64,000 bases of DNA from Octopus sinensis (lineage: Eukaryota): NCBI RefSeq assembly GCF_006345805.1, contig NC_042998.1, positions 145,080,001 to 145,144,000 on the forward strand, in the 5' to 3' direction. Shown piece by piece: positions 54,585-64,000 of this stretch. Below the pieces are notes generated by a model, which was not told the DNA's origin, did not search any database, and was given only the letters and a program-made list of their open reading frames with translations. A program made the translations under genes and the position numbers. The stretch's first letter is position 1; each line of letters starts with the position of its first letter.

Positions 54585-55016
54585 TGTGTATGTGTATGTG
54601 TGTGTGTGTGTGTATGTATGTATATGTATGTATGTATGTATGTGTATGTATGTATGTGTATGTATGTATGTGTATATATATATATATATGTATGTGTATA
54701 TATATATATCATCATCATTTAACGTCCGCTTTAAATGATGATGATATATATATATACACATACATATATATATATATACACATACATATATATATATATA
54801 CACATACATACATACACATACATATGTATGTGTATATGTATATATATATGTATGTGTATATGTATATATATATGTATGTGTATATGTATATATATATATG
54901 TATGTGTATATGTATATATATATGTATATATATATATATGTGTATATGTATATATATATGTATATATATATATATGTATATATATATGTATATATATGTA
55001 TATATATATATATATG

Positions 55017-55077
<61 letters not shown>

Positions 55078-55418
55078 GTATATATATATATATATGTATG
55101 TATATGTATATATATATATGTATGTATGTATATGTATGTATGTATGTATGTATGTATATGTATGTATGTATGTATATGTATGTATATGTATGTATGTATG
55201 TGTATGTATGTATATGTATGTATATGTATGTATGTATGTGTATGTATGTATATATATATATGTATGTATGTATATATATATGTATGTATGTATGTATATA
55301 TATATGTATGTATGTATGTATATATATATATGTATGTATGTATGTATATATATATGTATGTATGTATGTATATATATATGTATGTATGTATATATATATG
55401 TGTGTATGTATATATATA
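53785..55418. repeat. 1.6-kb compound (TA)/(TG)/(TATG) microsatellite
   Basis: Directly visible. Confidence 0.97.
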
Positions 55419-57317
55419 AATGTTCTGCGCCGTGAGGACCAAAGACTGGAGGTGTTTCGTGTTGCAAGACAGTGTGTGAGAGAGAATCGTGATGTGGTAG
55501 GAGAGAAGTGTGTTCGCATGGAAGATGGTTCACTTGCGCTAAATGAGGATGCGAAGAGAGAGGTTTGGAGATGCCACTATGAAAGGTTGCTGAATGAAGA
55601 AAATGAATGGGATAAAGAGAGTCTGCCGAATGTTGACCCAACAGAGGGACCAGCTATCCGAGTTGATAGTTCTGTGGTAGCTAAGGCAATTAGAAGCATG
55701 AAGACAGGGAAAGCCCCAGGCCCATCAGGAATCACTGCAGAGATGCTCAAAATGTCTGGTAGTGTCGGCTATAGCCTAGTCACCCATATAGTTAATCAGG
55801 TGATACACAAAGGGGTCATACCCAATGACTGGTGTAGCAGTATAATAGTCAACTGCTACAAAGGTAAAGGTGATGCCCTAGATACAAATAACTACAGAGG
55901 TATCAAGCTGTTGGACCAGGTATTGAAGGTTACGGAGAGGGTCATAGCCCAACTAATTAGAGAGAGAGTTAGTTTAGATGAGATGCAGTTTGGGTTTGTG
56001 CCAGGGAAAAGTACTACTGATGCTATATTCCTGGTAAGGCAGCTGCAGGAGAAATACCTAGCCAAAGATAAGCCCCTGTACCTGGCTTTTGTTGACATGG
56101 AGAAAGCCTTCGACAGGGTCCCCCGATCCCTTATCTGGTGGGCAATGAGAAAACTAGGGATAGATGAATGGTTAGTGAGAGCTGTGCGGGCCATGTATAG
56201 GGACGCCGCTAGTAGGGTGAGGGTTGGAAATGAGTACAGTGAAGAATTCCGGGTAGAGGTAGGGGTCCACCAAGGCTCAGTACTCAGCCCCCTCCTATTT
56301 ATCATAGTCCTCCAGGCAATAACGGAGGAATTCAAGACAGGATGCCCTTGGGAGCTCCTCTATGCTGATGACCTTGCTCTAATTGCTGAGTCGCTATCAG
56401 AACTGGAGGAGAAGTTTCAGGTGTGGAAACAAGGATTAGAATCGAAGGGCCTCAGAGTCAATCTAGCTAAAACCAAAGTCGTAATCAGTAGGAAGGTAGA
56501 CAAATCAAAAACACCTTCAGGTAGATGGCCCTGCTCGATCTGTAGAAAAGGTGTAGGTAGAAACTCTATAAGATGCACCAAGTGTAAGCTATGGACACAT
56601 AAGAGATGCAGCAATGTCAAAGGAAGGCTAACTAGGAAGATGGTTTTTGTATGTGGCAGATGCTCAGGAACAATAAACACTGAAAATGCTCTGAGACCAA
56701 CTTCCGTCACTTTCCAGGGAGAAAAACTAGAAATAGTTGATAGTTTCCGTTACCTAGGTGACCAAGTCAGCAGCGGGGGCGGGTGTGCTGAAAGTGTAAC
56801 TGCTAGAGTAAGAATAGCTTGGGCAAAGTTCAGAGAGCTCTTACCTCTGCTGGTGACAAAAGGCCTCTCGCACAGAGTGAAAGGCAGACTGTATGATGCG
56901 TGTGTACGAACAGCCATGCTACATGGCAGTGAAACATGGGCCGTGACTGCTGAGGATATGCGTAAGCTCGCTAGAAATGAAGCCAGTATGCTCCGATGGA
57001 TGTGTAATGCCGGTACTCACACTCGGCAGAGTGTAAGTACCTTGAGAGAAAAGCTGGACCTAAGAAGCATCAGTTGTGGTGTGCAAGAGAGACGTTTGCG
57101 CTGGTATGGTCATGTGGCGAGAATGGATGAAGATAGTTGTGTGAAAAAGTGCCACACCCTAGCGGTTGAGGGAACCTGTGGAAGAGGCAGACCCAGGAAA
57201 ACCTGGGACGAGGTGGTGAAGAACGACCTTCGAACTTTAGGTCTCACTGAGGAAATGACTAGAGACCGAGACCTCTGGAAGTGTGCTGTGCGCGAGAAGA
57301 CCCGGCAGGACAAGTGA
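55419..57317 (+). CDS. RTE reverse transcriptase (632 codons, uninterrupted, no authentic start)
   Basis: Motifs [93 protein letters not shown]. Confidence 0.93.
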   Translation, partial: NVLRREDQRLEVFRVARQCVRENRDVVGEKCVRMEDGSLALNEDAKREVWRCHYERLLNEENEWDKESLPNVDPTEGPAIRVDSSVVAKAIRSMKTGKAPGPSGITAEMLKMSGSVGYSLVTHIVNQVIHKGVIPNDWCSSIIVNCYKGKGDALDTNNYRGIKLLDQVLKVTERVIAQLIRERVSLDEMQFGFVPGKSTTDAIFLVRQLQEKYLAKDKPLYLAFVDMEKAFDRVPRSLIWWAMRKLGIDEWLVRAVRAMYRDAASRVRVGNEYSEEFRVEVGVHQGSVLSPLLFIIVLQAITEEFKTGCPWELLYADDLALIAESLSELEEKFQVWKQGLESKGLRVNLAKTKVVISRKVDKSKTPSGRWPCSICRKGVGRNSIRCTKCKLWTHKRCSNVKGRLTRKMVFVCGRCSGTINTENALRPTSVTFQGEKLEIVDSFRYLGDQVSSGGGCAESVTARVRIAWAKFRELLPLLVTKGLSHRVKGRLYDACVRTAMLHGSETWAVTAEDMRKLARNEASMLRWMCNAGTHTRQSVSTLREKLDLRSISCGVQERRLRWYGHVARMDEDSCVKKCHTLAVEGTCGRGRPRKTWDEVVKNDLRTLGLTEEMTRDRDLWKCAVREKTRQDK

Positions 57318-57924
57318 GTCCACAACCCGTGGCCTTCTACATGGGATGGAGCCAGCCTACGTATGCATACCTTCCCTTCTTGGGACACAAAACTCTACTT
57401 GTGAAGATGTGTTGAGGCAAGTGAGGATCAGAATCGATATCGATCAATGGAAATTGCGGATGTGCTACCAGTGCCGGTGGCATGTCGAAACTCTGCTTGT
57501 GAAGACCCATTGAGGCAAGTGAGGATCAGAATCGAAATCGATCAATGGAAATCGATCAATGGAAATTGCAGATGTGTTACCAGTGCCGGTGGCATGTAAG
57601 AGAACTTTCCGTTTCGCGACCGTTGCCAGCACCGCCCCGTTTCGTGTCCGTTGCCAGCCTCGCCTGGCCCTCGTGCCGGTGGCACATAAAAAGCACCATC
57701 CGTTCGTGGCCGTTTGCCAGCTCTGTCTGGCACCAGTGCGGGTGGCACGTAAAAAGCACCCACTACACTCACGGAGTGGTTGGCGTTAGGAAGGGCATCC
57801 AGCCGTAGAAACACTGCCAGATTTGACTGGGCCTGATGAAGCCTTCTGGCTTCACAGACCCCAGTAGAACCGTCCAACCCATGCTAGCATGGAAAACGGA
57901 CGCTAAATGATGATGATGATGATG
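55419..57924 (+). mobile_element. RTE-clade LINE, 5'-truncated (endonuclease absent), with ~600-bp 3'UTR and (GAT)n tail
   Basis: Open RT frame followed by a 3'UTR ending ggacgctaaa(tga)n at 57907-57924; lies in the intron after SHMT exon 6. Confidence 0.95.
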
Positions 57925-58158
57925 TATATATGTATGTATGTATATATATATGTATGTATATGTGTATATCTGTATGTATGTATGCGTATGTATGTGTATA
58001 TATGTCTGTGTATATATGTATGTATGTATATATGTATGTATATGTGTATATGTGTATGTATGTATGTATATGTATATATGTATATGTATAGATGTATGTA
58101 TATGTATGTATGTGTATGTATATGTATATATGTATGTGTATATATGCTTATATGTCTA

Positions 58159-58189
<31 letters not shown>

Positions 58190-58537
58190 GTATGTGTATA
58201 TATGCTTATCATCATCATCATCGTTTAATGTCCGCTTTCCATGCTAGCATGGGTTGGACGGTTCAACTGGGGTCTGGCAACCACTCCGAGAGTGTAGTGG
58301 GTGATTTTATGTGCCACCGACACAGGTGCCAGACGAGGCTGGCAGACGGCCACGCTCGGATGGTGTTTTTTATGTGCCACCGACAGAGGTGTGTATATAA
58401 TTAATAGTAGGGAATATAAAATTCCAAACTTACAGGGTAAAATTCAATTTAGCAATACTAAATCAAATTTCACAATATATATGTATACAATTAAGAGAAA
58501 AATCTTCTATTAAGTAATTCAGTTGATAGTGAAAATT

Positions 58538-58639
58538 GACTACATATGTTTTGTGACTATTTAAATCAATAATAATAAAATAGATAATATTAAAAGTTAA
58601 TATTAATTTGATTCAAGAATATAGCCACTTTTCAGGTCT
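58538..58639 (-). ncRNA. Degenerate hammerhead downstream of the Penelope-like ORF
   Basis: Minus strand GAC-CUGAAAA-GUGGCUAU...AUAGUCAC-AAAA-CAUAUG-UA-GUC; G8A and G12A. Confidence 0.65.
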
Positions 58640-59192
58640 AAAATGATAAAATGTGTGTATCTTGACATATAAATATAGAAATATATGTATCATAACAATA
58701 AATAATTTAATAAAATGTAACAATATTAATGAGAAAGAAAATCATAACTTATCTTATTGAAGAATACAAGTTAACTGAAATTTTAAACGTTAAACTCAGA
58801 ATCTAGCATTGCTAAGAAATCTATCACGTGAGAACATGAGGTAAATAATAAATATAGAGAGAACATGAGGTAAATAATAAATATAGAATAAATAAATAGA
58901 AATATGTATTTTAGCGGTGAAAACAACAAATGAAATTGATGTAATATACCATTTACTGGGAAAAATTCTAAATTCTCAACAATTTAAAGCTAAAACACTA
59001 TACGTGAAATACATAAAATGAACTAAATTTCGATAAATTAATATATATTCATCAATTTATTTATTTATTTATTTTATAAACACCTTGGTTTAATCTTATT
59101 CTAGTTACGTTCATACACTACATAATCTATGGCTAATTTATACTCATTATACTACTACAAATTCTAACTACATAAATTAGTAACATAAATCA

Positions 59193-59243
<51 letters not shown>

Positions 59244-59337
59244 AATTAGCTAAACTTATATCAGTAATTTAACCTATGTCTACATTTAATTTTTCTCTCA
59301 TCTTTGGTGTTAATTAATTTTTTATTATTAGATAGTA

Positions 59338-59571
59338 ATCATCATCATCATCATCAACGTTGAACGTCCGTTCTCCATGCTAGCATGGGTTGGACGGTTC
59401 GACCGGGGATCTGGGAAGTCAGAAGGCTGCACCAGGCTCCGGTCTTATCTGGCAAGGTTTCTACAGCTGGATGCCCTTCCTAACACCAACCACTCCGTGA
59501 GTGTAGTGGGTGCTTTTTACGTGCCACCTGCACTGGTGCCAGGCGAGGCTGGCATCGGCCACGGTCGGATT
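59338..59571 (-). mobile_element. Short 5'-truncated RTE 3' tail; similar copies at ~6060-6280(+), 7490-7660(-), 8780-9257(+), 14790-15030(+), 28176-28540(-), 31570-31730(-), 32925-33265(+), 39285-39432(+), 44150-44330(+), 44880-45120(-), 48051-48266(-), 58208-58390(-)
   Basis: Shared gagtggttggcgttaggaagggcatccagctgtagaaac...ccaacccatgctagcatggaaa.cggacgttaaa(tga)n. Confidence 0.88.
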
Positions 59572-60844
59572 GTACCTATTCAATAAGATTTAGCTTTACA
59601 AACTATCTCCCAATTTGAATTATACTTAATTCCTTTAGATTTCAATTCCCATATATATTTGCTAAGGCCAGTAGAATTAATCAATGTTTTATTCTTAAAT
59701 GAATGAATGTGTTGAGCCACCCTTTGTTTAATTTTATTAGATTTTGACCCCACGTAAATCGCATTTAAATAACTATTCCTATTAATATCATCAATCAAAG
59801 TCACTACACATTTATATACTACATCATCCAAATTACATTTATTTTAAAATTTACATTTTGTCTTATCTCTGCATGTACAATTAAGTATATTCTGGTCTTT
59901 ATTATTATTGAATAATCATTTAATTTGTTAATGTAAAACTTATTCAGCTTAAATATATTAAAAGAAGAAATAATGTTACCAACATTATTAGTAGTAGAAT
60001 AATCAACTCCAAAATTATTACTAGGAAAAATGCTATTATATTTTTTATTACCTATAATGAATACTTCAATTATAGTTTTTATTATATATTATGAATACTT
60101 CAATTAGTTTTAATATCTCATTAAAACATTAATAAAATGTTTGTTTTAACTTGAGCCCTATAAGGATTAATTAACCAAATTTTGTTCTTATTATCATTAA
60201 ACAAATTAAATTCATTCTTACCTTTTAGTCTTTTATTATATTTTTTGTATTGTCATAATACCTATTATTAAAATCATAATTAACTAAATAAAACTTATAA
60301 TTGTTAATATTAGGTTTATTATTATAAATATGATAGGAATTATTTATATTATAATCTTTTATATTATAATTATATTTACAATTATTAAAGAATTTAATAC
60401 TATTATTATATTCCGCCTCCCACAAGGCTTCATTATAATAAGGTGCATGTTTTTGGAAAATCTCAAAATTAGAAGAAAGCTTCGATATTCTTTTACCTAT
60501 ATTATCTATCAACGATTTCTTGAGGGTGGGTGATTACTATTAGTATTGATATATCTAAAGTTTTCATTAATTTTATGGAATGGTTGGGTTTTACCTGTTA
60601 TTAAATTAAAATTACCATCTAAATAATTAATATTATAGTTCTCTTCATATATAGCAATACCTAATCCATATCTTTAAAAAAAAACTATATAGCTTCTTCT
60701 TATACAATTTTAGTGTTCTATTGGTGCAATTCTTGGTTATTATAAAAGGTCATCTCTATATAATCCACCCACATCAGATGCCATGATGGTGCTAAGGTTT
60801 GGGTACGGGTGATCAAACTCTGTATATGGAGTAGACAAACAGCG

Positions 60845-60898
<54 letters not shown>

Positions 60899-61132
60899 GG
60901 GCTAAACTGGCAACAAGAACATCCCCAAATACAACAATATGTATATATATGTGTATGTGTATATATATATATATATATAATATATATGTATATGTATATA
61001 TATATGGGCTAAACTGGCAACAAGAACATCCCCAAATACAACAATATGTATATATGTGTATATATATGTATACATGTATGTATATGTATGTACATGTGTG
61101 TATAGATGTATGTATATATATATATATAGATG

Positions 61133-61166
<34 letters not shown>

Positions 61167-61323
61167 TGTATATGTATATATAGATGTATGTATGTGTGTA
61201 TATGTATATAGGTATGTATATATATATATGTGTATATTGTATGTATACATGTATATATATATATGTACGTATGTGTGTATATGTATATAGGTATGTATAT
61301 ATATGTATGTCTGTATGTCTGTA

Positions 61324-61391
<68 letters not shown>

Positions 61392-61647
61392 AGTTATTCA
61401 TTTAATGCTTTCTTGCATTTCTGTGTGTGTGTGTGTGTGTGTGTGTAGTTATTCATTTAATGCTTTCTTGCATTTCTGTGTAAGTTTTGTAAGAAGTTTC
61501 TTATTAACCACCTTGTTTAAGATTCAGTGCCACTGAATCGTACCTTGGACACCCATCTTCTATTATAACCCTGAGGCAAAACGTTGGAAGTGGATTTGTC
61601 AGATGTAATCTTGAAGAAGGTCATATAATATATATATATGTATATAG

Positions 61648-62226
61648 AATATTGTAAACATCTTTATTTTTCATTCCCTTCAAAATTGCTCTTAACCGTG
61701 GTTTGAATTTTGACTGTTCCTTCTAGCATGTAAGGCCTTCTGTGATGGTCACCTATTTTGTGTTTAAATGTATACTCATTTTATATGAAAAATATGTTGT
61801 CTGTTGACTATTTTATACATGCTAGCTACTAGTAGAAAAATTTCTATCATTCTTCCTACTCTGTATATTTTCTTAATATGATTTTAGCATTTTTTGAAGT
61901 AATTTGACATTTTCATTCACCACCTACTAAAATTGCTCTTGCGTGGTGAATTTGAAAAATTATAATATATAAATATGAGACGTGCGATTTTGTCTCCTAA
62001 TTACATGTGAACTTGTGGCACTCCCGCTGAAGGGAACTTCAGTTGTTTTATTTGTTAACTAAAGTTCAAAACCTAGGTACGGGAGGTAAATATTGTAAAT
62101 GTTTTTATTTTTCATTCCCTTCGAAATTGCTCTTAACCGTGGTTTGGACTTTGACTGTTCCTTCTAGCATGTAAGGTGTCTTGTTATGGTCACCACTTTT
62201 GTGTTTAAATGTACACCAATTTTATA
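61648..62226 (+). mobile_element. Hammerhead-containing partial tandem element (441-bp period) between (TA)n tracts
   Basis: ~138-bp diverged direct repeat at 61648-61786 and 62089-62226, with the hammerhead immediately before the second copy. Confidence 0.7.
62021..62085 (+). ncRNA. Hammerhead ribozyme, core-mutated
   Basis: CUCCCG-CUGAAGG-GAACUU...AAGUUC-AAAA-CCUAGG-UA-CGGGAG; 6-bp stem I, 6-bp stem II, palindromic stem III; A9G and G12A. Confidence 0.72.
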
Positions 62227-62934
62227 TATATATGTTTGTGTGTGTGTGTTAGTGTGCGAGGGTGTGTTACAGTTCCCTTGCCTTGACATTGTGTGATAGT
62301 TGTAAATGAGTATCACTGTCATGCATGCAGTGTCTTTCACTTCCAATCTTTTGTGAAGACATGTGTAGACATGGAACCAAATTACCTCCCTTGGAGAAAT
62401 ACGAAGGTTGGCAACAGGAAGGACATCCTGCTGTAGAGAAGCTGTGTAAAAGAATTCCATATGACCCATGCAAGCTTGGGAAAGTGGATGTTAAACCATT
62501 ATGCTGCTGTTGATATATGATAAAATACAATAGTTCAGTTATAAAATGTTTGTGACTGTTTTATGTGTTTCTGAGAACAAAAGTATGTTTCTTATTACCA
62601 TGCAGCATTGCACTTTATACCTATAGGTTGAACTGGTAAGAGAGACAAAAAGCTCAATGGCTCACAAAAACATTTGAAAATGATTTAGCAATGTTTTGAG
62701 GTTCACAAAGAAGACCATAGCAGCCTAGTAAGTTGTTGACTCTTGCTGTCTTAGAAGACAGTTGTCTAAAGTGGTGTGGAGTGGGATTGAACCTGAAACT
62801 GTGTGGCTGTGAAGTGAAACATCTTAACTACACAGCCATGCCTGTGCCTATATGCATGTATGCCTATATGTGTCTGTGTTTGTATATGCATGTATGTTTG
62901 TCTCTCTCTCTCTCTCTCTTTCTCTCTATACTAT

Positions 62935-62999
<65 letters not shown>

Positions 63000-64000
63000 G
63001 ATAAACTAGATGTGTACATGCTTGTATGTGTATATGTTTGTGCATGCATGTGTATATATATAGAGGTGTACATATTTGAGTGTGTATGTGTATGCATACA
63101 TGAATATTAATGCGTTGTGTGTGTTTGTATGTAAGTGTGTGTGTATAATATCTAAAAGGAGCTCTCTAGAAAGACATTAGGTGTAACTTAATCATGCAAT
63201 TCAATTCACTCTGTAACTTTTTATCGTTTCTCCCCTCCCTTTTCCTCCACCTCCTCTGCCGTATCTTCACATCAACATAAGGTTTATTTTGAAAGATGAT
63301 CTTGCGAAATCCTGTAAAAGTGTTAAGTGCCAATTTCAAAAATTGTTTCTTCATCTTGGCGCAATTCCCTGTCATTTTTGTCAGTTTTCATATTTTTTCA
63401 CTTCCATTATGCTTGTTTAACCATGCGAAAAATTCTAATATAGCATCTGTTTTGTTTTTTTTTTTGAGAAATTTTTTTAGTCTATATACATTTTTCATTA
63501 TATTATTTTTGTATTTTCTTCATTGTTTTATTATATTTTGTTCATTTTACCTTTTCTGTTCTTGTCATCATATGTTCGTTTTCCATGATTGCATGGGTTG
63601 TATGAAGTTTGTTGAGGTAGATATTTTTATGGTTGGATGCCCTTTCTATCACCAACCCTCACCTGTTTCCAAGTTAGCCATATTTTCCCATGACCAGACA
63701 TGCTTTTGCAGAATATTGGAAATGAATGACACTGCTTGTATGACAGTGACACTCAATTACAACTATCAAACAATATTATGACAAGGTGACACACACACAT
63801 TCATACAATGGGTTTCTTTTAGTTTCTATCTATCAAATTCACTCACAAGGCTTTGGTTGGTCTAGGGCCTTAGTAGAAGACACTTGCCTAAGGTGCCATC
63901 TAGTGGGATTGAACCTAAAACCATGTGTTAGTTGAATGTATATTACTGAACCATTTTTTTTACAACCAGATGCCCTTCATGATGCCATATTATGAATATG

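Larger units (their letters stand above)
58390..60780 (-). mobile_element. Penelope-like element relic (Naiad-type RT + GIY-YIG), interrupted by an RTE tail at 59338-59571
   Basis: Minus strand: GGLYRDDL (~60745-60769), IGKRISKLSSNFEIFQKHAPYYNEAL, CTCRDKTKCKF*NKC, VVYKC...IYVGS...KQRVAQHIHSF...STGLSKYIWELK...WEIV, LINTKDERKIKCRH (~59270-59315), then a hammerhead at 58538-58639. Confidence 0.85.

Noticed and set aside
53782-55641. Long Y/I/C/V/M/H/T-rich ORFs, including the first 228 aa of the 860-aa ORF
   Set aside because: Translations of dinucleotide microsatellites; only 55419 onward is real RT.
59580-59582. In-frame TGA in the Naiad-like nuclease as a selenocysteine codon
   Set aside because: Not at a conserved Cys position; the element has other stops and frameshifts; no SECIS recognised.
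60895-61052. Duplicated ~50-bp gggctaaactggcaacaagaacatccccaaatacaacaa
   Set aside because: Local slippage or assembly duplication inside a (TA)n tract; no further structure.
62627-62677. Possible last SHMT exon (ctatAG then VELVRETKSSMAHKNI*)
   Set aside because: Joined to the phase-1 donor at 52286 it reads G-GT TGA (immediate stop), and it lacks the C-terminal F.(L/M)PG motif. The true last exon is probably beyond the window.

Overview
AT-rich, microsatellite-dense animal genomic DNA. The repeat content (RTE LINEs with (GAT)n tails, tRNA-derived SINEs, Penelope-like relics) suggests a cephalopod/octopus genome; this is inference. The only host gene I can support is a serine hydroxymethyltransferase (SHMT, + strand, no mitochondrial presequence). 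Six GT-AG coding exons (21969-22180, 31172-31530, 41696-41908, 49981-50094, 50919-51041, 52059-52286) splice in frame to 416 codons; the 5' non-coding exon and last coding exon were not located. The rest is transposon-derived: a 5'-truncated but open RTE LINE with a PHD-type zinc finger inside its RT region, two oppositely oriented tandem arrays of its 3' end, mariner/maT/Tigger/Tc2 and TTAA-MITE relics, SINEs, and a Naiad-type Penelope-like relic. The least obvious signal is a set of about ten minimal type-I hammerhead-ribozyme motifs at eight loci. They include canonical-core copies, variants with covarying 3-8 core pairs (G3-C8, U3-A8), fold-back pairs and a 441-bp retrozyme-like partial tandem. 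Most ORFs in the supplied track are microsatellite or repeat artefacts. All alignments and folds were done by eye.
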